This document shows positions 1-13,100 of a DNA stretch of 64,000 nt, one piece after another. The position numbers were made by a program, and so were the translations under genes. The first letter of the stretch is position 1; each line of letters starts with the position of its first letter. The stretch is from Phoronis australis (Eukaryota; Animalia; Phoronida): NCBI GenBank assembly GCA_002633005.1, contig NMRA01000261.1, positions 434,001 through 498,000 on the forward strand, read 5' to 3'. The notes under the pieces were generated by a model. It made no database searches and was not told the origin of the DNA. It saw only the letters and a program-made list of their open reading frames with translations.

Positions 1-1090
1 CATCTGCTTTGGAAGTCGTGCATTAGAAATATGACCCTTTCCAAAATACCTTGTTCTGCCTATAAATGTGCACAAGAAACATCAGTGCTAATCCACGAAT
101 GCTGATCTGAGTTTCTTTTGTGTGAAGCAGAGTTATTATCATATCATTCAAGACTTCATTAGTTACTCTTTAAAGCCTGTTGGCCAAGGAACCTGAGTGT
201 GTATCAGTGTGTGTGATGTTGGTCAAAAGACTGTTGCAAACAAAAGACCAGTGACCTGAGTCTAATCATTGTACTCGAAATCGACTCGGAATTATTTTTG
301 ACATTTTCTGTTTTGCTTTAATACGAGCTCAAGATAAGTGTCTATTATGCTATGCTCAAGTACATTTGTACTTAATAGCCCCCAGATTTAAGCTTCAGAT
401 TCCAGTGAAAACTTGAGATTTTGAATTAAAGCTCAAAATTTCGACATCAAACTCCAACTTATAGTTTAAATGGCGTGGTCGTCAAGTGCAAATTTATATT
501 AGGTAGTCATCAAAGTAAACCATAATGTGCTCGATAACAGAATTATAAAAGACACTCAAAAATAGTTGTGAGTTTTATTTCGAATATAAAGATTAGAAAT
601 ACCAGTCTCAGATTTGCTTTGTGTTCTCCTTTGAAAACTGATCTCTGTCTAGAGTTGAATCTGAACTGGAGATATTTGTAATGTCAAGATGTCGAGCTCA
701 GAATTTTGGAGACATATATATTCCAAGGAATTAGTCAGATTACTTGGTTGTACCAACTTTAACATTGAGAACTTGGGCACCTGTAACATCAGCATGGATT
801 GGCTATCATTGAGATATCGAGTTTTGATGAACATGTTCATGGCCCGGTGGAGAGAAATCTACCGTGCCCTCTTCAATATATCATTGTGACAAAATGAGTT
901 TTTAATGGTGCTTTTTAAGAAGTAACATGATTCTGAAACTGAAATTTGTTGTTGTTTGGCGTATCATTCCATCTTTTCAGTGAACTTTAAAAATGTCTTA
1001 ACTAGTCTTGTAAAAAGTGGATTAATTTTTTAGATTATATGCCCTGAAAACTACACAAATTTTGTTTTTCATTGTCCATTTACGTTTCAG

Positions 1091-1162
1091 AATATCACTT
1101 ATGGCATTTCATTTATAAAGCTTCATTCACCACCTGCTGACGTCGCTGTTGCTGCAGGGGAG
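1091..1162 (+). CDS. XRCC1: XRCC1 exon, end of N-terminal domain (NITYGISFIKLHSPPADVAVAAGE)
   Basis: tttcag| acceptor, GAG|gtaact donor; matches human DSPFGLSFVRFHSPP. Confidence 0.9.
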
Positions 1163-4100
1163 GTAACTACCATTTGTTAAAGCAGTTCTGCTGCTTGTAT
1201 TTGAACAGATTTTTATGATGGTAATGCTATTTGTGCAGATGTGGTAAAGTATTTCACACTTTCATGTAATTTTGTTTGTTAAGTCCAACAGTGGAAATAT
1301 CAAGATATGATATGCCAGGTTTTATTAGCGATTAACTTTGCAACTTTGCTTTATGTCCAGGCTGTGGCAAAAGTACTCCTCAGTTCTCTTACTGTATGCT
1401 AAACTCAGTTCTCTTACAGTAGGCTAAACTTAGTTCTTTTACTGTAGGCTAAACTTAGTTCTATTACTGTAACTGTAGGTTAAACTTAGTTCTCTTACTG
1501 TAGGCTAAACTTAAGTTCTCTTACTGTAGGCTAAACTTAGTTCTCTTACTGTAGGCTAAACTTAGTTCTCTTACTGTAGGCTAAACTTAGTTCTCTTAGT
1601 TTAGGTTAAACTTAGTTCTCTTACTGTAGGTTAAACTTAGTTCTCATACTGTAGGTTAAACACAGTTCTCTTACTGTAGGTTAAACTCAGTTCTCTTGTT
1701 GTAGGTTGAACTCGGTTCTCTTGCTGTAGGTTAAGTTAGTTCTCTTACTGTAGGCTAAACTCAGTTCTCTTACTGTAGCCTAAACTCAGTTCTCTTACAG
1801 TTGGCTAAACTTAGGTCTCTTACTGTAGGCTAAACTGGGTGGGTTCAAGTTGAAACCAGCTCAAGATGATGACATTTCGCCTGGATCATTGTTTGCCAAC
1901 CGCTTCAAGACTTCAACAGCATCTCCACTCTCAGGTATATCGGCCTTACTTACTGTGGTTTTAACAGTTAATTGCCATGCATATGTGGTCATATATTCTA
2001 GATTAGAATCATAACCTAATACACAACAGCAATCACGGTGACCTTCTTTCATTAACAAAGATTGTTGATGATTACAGGAACGTATTATGTGTTAACAAAT
2101 AATGCCTTGCTGTTTGTAGTAGGGTTTCTCACAGAGATTCTGGCTGGTTAAATATGGAATTTTCAAGAGTTGTGTATATGACTGCGATGGCTGTACCACG
2201 ATTGTTGTTAATCTGCTATTTTCATTCTAAACTTGTGTTTCTGCTTAGTAAATTATCTCTGTCAATCTTTGACACTAGGTGCCGCTGCTGCCAGAGCTGC
2301 GTCGCGATTGGCAGATGAAGCCAGTCAAAAAGAATCTGGTAGAGAGCAGGTGAGAGTGAGGTTAGAAGTAGTGGTTATATCAGCTGCTGAGTGTTACTGC
2401 TAATGTTGGGTCATTATACTTTCTTATAATTGGCAAGTGGTAAGTCACAGCTTTTACTGAAGGAACTGAAACTGAATCAATGTTGGATATTTTATTGAAT
2501 AAATCTATACTATACTAAGTACATTAATTTTGTATACAGTCATGTTCAATAAAATGAGCCAACATTTCGGAGAATAGAAGTGGTAATCTGAGCGTAGTTT
2601 ACAAATCAAATTAGAGAACAACCTACGACAAATCACACTGCAGATTACTCTGTGATCCCTGAATTTTTGAAAGCCATTGTTCTGATGGTTGTTTGAACGT
2701 CAGAAGCTAGGCCATTTCAAATGCTGTAATTATGATATCAAATGGGATTTTAGGCCAAAAGAAGCTTTGTTGGTTCTGTACCCCAGCTCTTCACTAATGT
2801 ATTAGAAGAAGAAAAAACACACCAGCATCAGCCAAGGTCCAAAACTTTTTTCAAATGTATGAAAGCAAGGATTTAAACACTTTCCAAGTTAGCCACAAGC
2901 GCCTCCTCATTGGCCGTCAGTGACTCACATGTGCTCCGTCCCTAGCTTCCTAACCAATCCCACCACTGCATCACTGAAGTTGTGTGGAGATCGTAAAAAA
3001 CACATCATGTTGCTCTTATGAGTTGCATTTTTTGAGATCAGACAAGACTTTGCTGCTTCACATTGTGTAAACTTAAAATAAAAATTTAATTTCTGAATGT
3101 GGTGGAGAAGAGTGCATAATTCTTTATTATAGTTACTTGGCATTTAAAAATTGCAAAAGGTTAAAACAGTTATTTCTATAACAATTCTTGAAACTATTTC
3201 TTATCTTATCTTGCATGTTTGACAAAATTTGTGTCAAATTCATAAATGTGTTTTTTTCTATATTTTGTATTATTGTTATTTTATTTGTAAGAAAACGCCA
3301 GTAAAAAGAAAACTTGGTGAAGAGGGAAAGACAGTTAAAAGTTTGCATCCAGAGAAGACTGAGGTTGTTCCGGCCAAGAAGTCGACATCACTAAGTGGCG
3401 GTACTGACTCAGTCATTGAACCACATTCCTCCAAATTCTCAACAAGTCATTCAGCAAGACAGCCTCCCAAAAAGAAACAGAAAGGTAATGTGTTTTTTGT
3501 GTTTTGCACACTACTAAGTCCTCATCAAAACTCAGGATTGTCTTCCACGTAATTGTGAAATGGGTGCTGCTACACGCTCAAAGTACTCAAAACCATACTG
3601 AATGATGAAAAATGCTTCACAGGACTCGCAACACCATCCAATATTTCACTACATCCTGTGGGGGGGGGGTTATGATCACTCTGATAACTGGTGATGTACA
3701 GAAGTCAAGGCACCTCGTGTTATCAGGTAGGTTACACAATATAGATTGGGACATATGAAAGAAGGAGCAACAGTTGCAATGCATATTATTTTTCTTTTTC
3801 TGTTGTAATTAACAGATTTTTGTCATCCAAAAATGAAAAAGTTCAATTTTAATTCCTGTAATCTGGTGTGTTCAAAGTGGGCGGGAACAAGTGTTGCCAT
3901 GAACAGGCAGTGGTCATCTCTGACACCCATATAATATTCCTTAATTCCCAAACAAAAAAGCTGGTCATAACAGTCCAGGCACTGTAGCAACTGTAATCCC
4001 AACTGGTAAGAAGCATTTCATACTTGCTGGTTGAGAAATGCAATGTAGCATGTAATTCAGTACTGGTTTCAGCAACCCTCTCCACAAAGCCAAGATATCT

Positions 4101-7100
4101 ACCTGAGTGATAGCTAAGAAGGCAAAGTAAACCCAATACAATATCTGTGGGCAAAATACCCTCCCGATACAATACCTGTGGGCAAAATACCCTCCCAATA
4201 CAATAGGTGTGGACAAAATACCCTGGCAATACAATACCTGTGGGCAAAATACCCTCTCGATACAATACCTGTGGGCAAAATACCCTCCTGAGATCATACT
4301 TTTGAGCACAATATAGAAGTCTGCCATTCAGTCTGTAGCACACCCTTGACAAAGAGCGCATCGCTCGAAAGGTTGGGATATTTTAATATATTTTAGTACC
4401 GATGCTCGTCATTTTAGTTTTACTAGTTTTACTAATATTGTATATTAAAAAATCTGATACAGATGACCCACTTATAAATGTAGGTTATTCACGCCCCGTA
4501 TCACCATGGTGTACATAAATTAGTTCTATTCAACTTATCCAGTCGTTAAGACACTTGTGTTCCTGCAGTCCAATCACATGCACACAGTTTGTGACCGCAT
4601 GCTCATGGAATTTCCATTAGGCTCTATATCTGAAAATGACTCTACCAGGTCAGGAATGTTTTCAAATACACAAATTTGTTAGTACCTAGGTATTGCAAAC
4701 GGATTATGCGTGTTGATCCATTTCTTGCTGAAAAGTGTAGGCACTTTCTTGTTCTTCATTGGGCATTGCAACTACCATATGTAAGGATTTGATTTTCAAA
4801 ATTTAAGCCAAATTGTATTCCACAAGGTATCCTGTCGCCAAGTATTTGTGAACACTTATGTCACATGTCTAATCCAATCTGACCTCTTCTATGTGAGAGA
4901 CCCCTTAGACTTTTAACAGTTTTTGAATTTGATGTATAAATGTTGTAGGAATGAGTAAAGAGATAAAATTTGCCGTGTCTTTAACTTGTTTGGTTTAAAG
5001 CAAGAGCTACGACCTGACCTCAAGGCTGTTTGTTGTCTGAATGTTGAGCAGCATTCACTGATGAGTCATTGTGGTCTTCATATTGCCTTGTTGATTTTAC
5101 TTGAATGTTTGGTCTATTTCAGCTGAAGTCCACTCAAATAAAGATGGGTCAATTGGTACTGACTTTGGCAAGTTAATGAAGGGTGTTGTCTTTGTGTTGA
5201 GTGGATTCCAGAACCCACGGAGAGGAGAAATACGTGACAAAGCTCTACAAATGGGAGCTGTGTACAAACCTGACTGGGGTAAAGGCTGCACCCACCTCGT
5301 GTAAGAAGGGTTTTCTAATTCGTAAAAGCATTGCAGGCAAAGGGCCAATCAGATTTAAAGCATCTACGGTAAAAATTCTTCAGTTTGGGTTACAAGGGGG
5401 TGGACAAATAGAATTTCATTTTGTCAAATTTCTGAACAAAAGTAACTTTTCGGAAAATTTACTTTCATTGCTTTTGACTTGGTTTGTATGGCGTGAGTAA
5501 TGCTTGGTACAATTTTGAGCATTTGTAATAATATGGCAAGCCTCTGAAAAATTGCAGTATGGCAGTTTTAGCCATTATTTATGTTCCAAATTGAAGAATT
5601 TTTGCCCTATAAACCTGTGCAAACTTGTGATTATAAAATTAGTGTCAACTTGTTCATTACTCAGATGAGAAGTGATTTCTTGGCTTACAAAAAACTCTCC
5701 TTGAGACCAAGCTCGGTGTAACAAGTGACACCATAGATTTAAAACCCTAGATGCATCATGCCAATGGGAGTGTGTCAAATCCACTTTGCTGCACCAACTG
5801 CTTTTATATTGGTCTGACCGTATCATAAAAATCCAGGACGTATATTTGGCAGGTGGTGTTTTTGAACCAAAAGTCAAATACAAAAAAGTACATCCTGTTG
5901 TACATTGGGCAGCGTTGAATGTATCGGCTCGTAATGTGGCAGGCACTAACCCCTCAGAGCACAAGAAATAACTACATTTAATAATTTGGATTGGTTTCTG
6001 ATGCTAAACAATGGATATTTAACAAAATGAACATTTCGTGATTTTTAGCATCACATTCTTTCAGCTAATGATGACCTACACAAAAATGCAATGAACCAAT
6101 CGCATGCATGCATGTGTTTTATTTTCACAAATAGTGTCAACTAAAATGACTACAGTAGCTATCAACGTTTTATTAGTAGACAATGTTTGTATTAGTGTGC
6201 TCTCCACTGAATTTGGAAGTATTTTTTCGATTTGATACCTCAGGACAGTTATCAATTAACCACGCAACTTATGTTTGAATATTTCAAAACTGTCTCAATG
6301 TACATAATCATGTCCATGTGGGAGTACTCAAGGCTGCGACAAATGCAAGCTGAGTTATTATACGTGTACCAAACAGTGGTGACAGTTGACTGACGTTACG
6401 ACGATTGATTCGATTCTGTCGTGATTAACTGTTGGCAAATTAATTTGCTACTGTAACATTCTGTGTCAATCATGCAGTTATATGCAGTTACATATTTATG
6501 CAGTTAGGTAAAATCTTAATATCTGGTATTTATTTTGTGTTAGGTGTGCTTTTGCTAATACACCAAAATTTCACCAAGTGAAGGGAAAAGGCAAAATAGT
6601 GTCAAAGGACTGGATTGAAGAATGCTACAGGCAAAAGAAACTATTGTCCTGGAAAAAGTAAGTCTTAACGTTTGAATGAATACAGAACAATAGATTTGTT
6701 GAATGAAACTTTAATATCTACAGAATGATATAAGGAATTAGTATGATATCTTCCAGCATCCTGCACTTAAGACCATGTTACAATCATGTTGCTCTGCACT
6801 TAACTCCATGTAACGTTGTTTCTCTGTGCTTAACACCGTGCTGCTCTGTATTTAACGTAACGTTGTGGTGTTGGTCTGCACTTAACATCATAACACGGTG
6901 TTCTACACTTCACACCATGTGATGTTTACATGACATGCCACATTTTGTGTGACTTAGGTATCGAATGGGTGACGATGATTCTACAGACTCCGAAGCTGAA
7001 GTAGAGAGGCAGTCGCCTCCGAGGCGATCAGTGGGAGGCATGTCAGCTAAAGGTAAGTTCCACATTGAATGAGCGGCTTAAGATGAGTGTTACAGGTGTG

Positions 7101-10100
7101 CAGCCGTGTTTCAGTCAGGCTACTGTAGTTGAAGTGTTTTATGCTTCAGCCCCCAAAATTGATCGATACTATGTTTTTATTGTCTTCATAGTGTATTGGG
7201 ATGGTGAGCAAAACTTGCTATCATTTTAAGAGACGCTGGCTTCACTTGGTTCTTCCAATTTTCATCAACTTAAGATTTTAGTGTTCTTGTGGTGTTTGAT
7301 AATTACCTTGCGCTGCCATCTAATGGAATTGGGGGAGATTATTTGTATATGCGTGTGTGTTTCTTATTCTGTTATTTCATACACTGACTTGCCTTCAGAC
7401 TTTTTATGCACCCAATTATACATAGTGGGTGTGTAATGCTGTCTTGTACATCCACTTCTTCTTTATCCACTGCAGTGTATCTCCAAAACACTTGCATAAA
7501 TATTTATTGAAGTTTTCCAAACATTTTCCTATTATGTATTGGATTGATTCAGCCATCAGTGGACCCCTTAGTGGTAATGTTGCATCTGGACATTCACTGC
7601 CATGTTTACTAACTTCCTGGCAGGAGCTTCGTGAAATGTGGCAGATGTGTTCCTATGAGGCTGACAACAGGTGACGACGACTTTTGGACAGATTCAACTA
7701 CCGCTGTGCCCTCTAGTGGCAATTTTATTTGTTTACATTTGCCTTTGTACCTTCAGAGCTCCTTGACGGATTTGCTTGAAATTTGACAAAATAGAGTCGA
7801 CAATGCCTTCCCATTTTTGGACAGGTTCGACATATTCTGTTGCATGTAATAAGTGTATGTGTATCTATTTTCGAGAGTATGACTGGTGTTGGTTGTGTGA
7901 CAAGTTCTAACTGTTGTGACATCCTTTAGTGACAATCTTGATTTTCTTTGCATATGCCTCACTATCTACCAAAATTTTTTAGATACGTGTTTATGAAATT
8001 GAAAGATCTGATCCTGTTGGAGAGAGCATGGATGTTATAGATTTTTGGACAGATTTGATATCTGTGGCGCCCCTTTTGCCAAGTTTAGTTGTATTTGTGT
8101 CTGACAGAATATCTGCCAAGTTTGTTTCATCTACATGTTCCAAAGCAGATGATGGATTTTCGTGAAATTTGGGAAATATGTTCATATCATGGATTGTAAT
8201 TTCAGATGGATCAGGTGAATGCTGTGCCCTCGTGTGGCACTTTATTTTTTGTATCCGCCTCAACCTATCAAAACATGTAAAAGATAGATACGAAACTTAG
8301 CTTGTACTTGCATGTACTGACAAAAGTTGTTCAATCACCATCAAAAAGACAAATTTTTATTGTCTTTCTTATCTAATGGCTATTCAAGCTTTTTGACATC
8401 CAGGTCTCTGCTAAACCACTTTGGTTTCTATAACAGCTAAGACGACACCCAGCAATTTTCTGACAAATGCTACCAGTGCTGTGCCTTGTAGTGACAAAGT
8501 TTTTGAGGTCCTCCTTGGTATCTACCAAACTGTTTGATTGATGTTTGTGGAATTCATCTGATACATTTTCATTAGTGAGTGCATTCTTTCCTCACCAATG
8601 TTTGGACAACTTGCTTTGCACACTCTAGATGCTACTTTAATTTATTAGTATTGGTCCCTTCAGTGAAAGTGTTTCATGACCATCAACCAAGGTCCGTGCT
8701 GTATGCGATGCACACGGTGGGTGCATATCAACATTCTGTTTTCCTCTTGTTAACATGTTTTCAGTTACAATGTGATATAAAATAATGGAAGCATTGGTGA
8801 CGTGACATTTTGTTCTTTGAAGAAAGAATATATCATAGTAACCATGACCATTTTCTAAAGTTTAAGTTGGAATAGTTGAAGTTGTCAGTAGAATCAGAGC
8901 AAAACTGCATATTCTGCTCCTCCTCCCCTCCCCTTGTTGATAAGTAAATAGTTGAATTGGCCAGTTGTTCAGATCACAGGTGCGAGCAAAACTGTATGTA
9001 TACTTCTTGTGCTACGGTATCTGCTACTCAATTTCGTACATTCTAATTTTCAGTATATCCAAAATTAGATAAAAAGCAATGTTTTACCCTAAGTTCAGTT
9101 TCTGTAAATTCAGACATGGTGCTACGGCCAGCATTTTTACTTTCTATGACCTTTAAACCTATGGCTACAACGTACCATAGTTTATCAAACGCACATATGC
9201 CCAACACAGTACCTGAAAAACAAGTGCAATACTTGAGAAGCCAAAATACCACAAATGATTTTTTAATTTAATTCATTTCGTATACTGACCTTCTAATACA
9301 GTATTTCTGGCCATTCCACCTATTTCGCTCATCCCGCCTCTTCATAACATTGATTGTTTAGTTTTGCGTGAACATGGAAAACAATTACCATTTTACAGTT
9401 CTTACGTATTAACTTTGAGAGAAGGACTCAGTAATGACTCTCTCATTTTATAATTGGCAGAATCTAAAGCCAAAAAGAGAGTCAGCAGTGGTAAATATGT
9501 TGTTGAGAATGGAACTTTGATTTGTTATTGCATTGTTTTGGTGATTGTTGTTTTGTTTTCTTTAATTTGCTATCAACAGAGAAACTAGAAGAGTTCAAAA
9601 TTTAAAAGCGTTGTTGCAACATTGTCACAGTTTTATGGTAATGGCTGTATGGAGACAGGAGTGGGCATCATTGTTGTAGGTCTTTCTGGTCCTCTCAACA
9701 TCTTGAATTGGGAAAATCATATTTTACCTACATTTCTTAGTTGTCTATTGAATATACAGTATGTATTGTGCTGTTACTGTAATGGCCTTTAGCTTTCACA
9801 ACCAAATTTGAACGTTGTCTTATTGACTCTGTTGTCTAAACAAAACTAGACCTGCAATTTTATGCTAAAACAAAAACATGATGGTTTTGTATTCTGACCA
9901 TTTTGACAACTTGAAGTACTAGCGGTTTGTTATTGACTCTGGTTATTGTTGAGTCAAACCTGCTGATCACATCTAACTTGGACTGTTGCAGGACAACATT
10001 CATTTTCATGGCTCAGCGTTGTACAGTTGTATCAAAATATAACTGCCACTGCCATTGTAAAGTGGAATATTCCATTCCATGCCAACATTAGTTCTGCTCT

Positions 10101-13100
10101 CTATCTTGTTTTGCTTCATAGGTATATTCTTGGTTGTGACTCATTGCAATGCTGTTGTCCTGCTAGTTGGTTGCTTTAGTGTAATATTGCTGCAGTATTA
10201 CATTACACAATAAAAGTGTATGATTACCAGACAAAATGCAATTAACAACCTGTCATGACTCTTCATGCTGATTCATTTTAGTTGCTCAGCTGGTGACAAA
10301 CATGCACTTATCCTCAGCTGTTATGACTGCAAATTCCCTGTTAGTTTGTCTGTATTTTTGGTGTTGTACTGTACTTTATTCAAAATTGTTTTGGTACAAG
10401 TTTTCCTAATTACTTTCCTCCTCAATTTTGTTGTTTCGAATGTTCCCTGGGTAGTCTTATTTACTGATTTGATCTGTATCAACTGTAGTGCTCAAATTCG
10501 AGCTGTTCCCCAAGATTACACCTGCAATTCCCTAAACTTTCCCAATGGCAAACCATCAAACACCGGAGCTGTGCCCATAAACTCCACACCTGCCCCAAAA
10601 GTGATCAATACCTGGTGACCAAACTCCATACTTGGAGACAATATTGCTCACCTGGGCTCAGGTCTGGGATTGGACTTTGATCCTTGGTTATCAGTGGAGT
10701 TTATGGAGACACTGTGAGCTTTTGAGTTTGTGGAAATCCAGAGGCCTGTTTTATTGTTTGCATGACAATGGTGAACATTTGACTTATCACCACTATTTCT
10801 TATGTTCAAAATTTTGTGATTAATCTCTAATTCCTTTAAGCTGCATTTTACACAGCCATTTTAGCTTTTGCTCGCATCAATCGTTCATAATCGTCCAGGG
10901 CCCGACGCTTATCATGACATCAACTTTTCAAATGCGACCTGATAAAATTCCTTGGTCGCCATTCGCCAAACTCGAAATGTGTCATGAATTCTTATGAAGT
11001 TAATTAAGTGCAAATTTCATCATTTCCTATGACATACAACTATCCCAACAAAACAGTTTATGTACCGTAATCGTTCGGGTTAACGCCCATGCTCAGTTAA
11101 CCGCCCATCCCCGACTTTAAGTGGATTTTCGATTTAACCGCCCACTGCTCAGTTAAGCGCCCCCCTGCGATTTTTGAAGATTTCCAGTTAAGCGCCCACC
11201 TCTCGGTTAAGCGCCCATCCCCGACTTTTAAAGAATGAAGATTTAGCGCCTATTGCTAAGGAAACGCGCGATTCCCCGACTTTTAGAAAAAGATCGATGA
11301 TCACAATGAGTGCAACGACGCCGGGACTCCGAGACGGTGGTTTAGCAATCTGAATTACAATACAGGTAACGAGTTATTGTCTTGGGTCATGAACTCACTT
11401 CAAAATATAATACTTGAACCTTTTTGTCACTTTATTTTCTTCCCTTGTTTGCAAAGTTTAAGAACGCCGCCGGCGTCAAAACCTCCGCTTTCAGCGACTT
11501 TGTCTGCCGCGCTGAGTTTCCGTCTGCAGTGCACTAGATAAAACATATATTCGAAAAAATCAGGCCAGAGAAATGTGACAATGGTTTTGCCAACCCTCCA
11601 AATTCTATTAAGGTGGGAAGCTCTCGTATTTTGAACAAATCTCACAACTCACGGAAAGATGTCAAATTCTCAATATTTTGATGAATATAACTGCCGGGTT
11701 ATAGAGGATGTGGGGCGACCGAAGGGACAGTACAAGTGCCTTACTGGGTTACCGATTTCGTTGCTGCCTGTCGATTTCTGAATTCAAACGTTGGCAATAA
11801 TGTATGTTTGTGTATGATCTTGAAGTAATAAAAAACGGCTAGTCAAATTTTGTTTTTCGCTTATTGCATCTCAGTCAAACTGGTTAGCAGATTTAACTAA
11901 TGTCGCTGGCTGTTCTTTACTATTTCTTGCGTCAGCCCCCACGTAAGCGTGACTGTGTGAATTATCGTTTCCACATCCCCTTTTTAGCCATCCAGAATAA
12001 TTTTGTTTATACATTGGCCATTTTCAGCCTGAACAAAAATTCTTACCATTCGAGTCTGAAATATCTACGACGTAGACTGCTTGACGATAGTGGGTAGGAG
12101 ATTCACGCAGCTAGTTACAGGGATGGGCTTAGGGAGCATCGAGCCGGGAAATATGGGAATAGACTTGACATCGCAGTTTTGGGGAACATTGGCAACGGAG
12201 GAATATCGTAAAGAACTGGGTCTTTCGTAACAACAGCTTAAAAGTACATAGTCACGCCCGTTTTTGTTACTTCGTCGGACTGTCGCTATGTGTGACTGAT
12301 TTGTAGTGGTGCACGTGCGCAAGTTCCCACACTTTGTACTCTATGTTACCTTGACACCAACGTGTGATTGACAGGTGACTCACACGTAGGCCCTACGTGC
12401 GTGCTGAATACCGCCGCTATCTTTGGCCATAAAAAACGAGATGCGTATTGAAAGAGGCCTTTATATTACTTGACGGCATTTCCAAGTCACGATTGTCAGC
12501 CGAAAGTTAAGTTTTTCAAACTTTTATTACAACCAATTTTAAAACTGCTCACTGACTCAGAACTTGACAGCTACATATAGTACGAGACTGTAACCATAAA
12601 TTTGATGTCTGACCTCTGCAACACGTGAAGCTTGCACGCGCGCACTTAAGCAGGGTCACATCTTGAAACAGTTAATTCTAGTGGAGGCTGCGTGGTCACT
12701 GGTCGTCTGTGCACCGCAGGACGGCAGGGGCTACTACTCAGCAATTTTGTAAATTTAATAATGAATGACTAATCTGAGGGCAAGAGAACCTTTGTTGGGA
12801 TCATCCGCTGTTATGACGTTTTCACAGTCATTTAGCGACGTGACGATAAAGCTCTTTGAAAAGAGCTACGTGTTCCGAGTATGATTGTCCTGTCGGGATT
12901 TAGATCGCCAGGTAAGATTAACCGCCCAGGGCGGTTGTCTGTCGTAATAAGCGCCCATGTTCGGTTAACCGCCCATCCCCTACTTTAGGTGGATTTTCGA
13001 GTTAACCGCCCTCCCCCGATTTTTTGGATTCGCCAATTTAACCGCCCAGGGCGTTAACCCGAACGATTACGGTATATAACAATTCGGGACATCTTGTGTT

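Noticed and set aside
1361-1402. Alternative XRCC1 exon start at the acceptor-like atgtccag| (1360)
   Set aside because: In the required phase it reads AVAKVLLSSLTVC then TAA, with no XRCC1 similarity.
1379-1837. CRISPR array
   Set aside because: Units are contiguous with no unique spacers, there are no cas genes, and the context is a eukaryotic intron.
3849-4361. 170-aa and 120-aa minus-strand ORFs
   Set aside because: Produced by the 31-bp minisatellite inside an XRCC1 intron.
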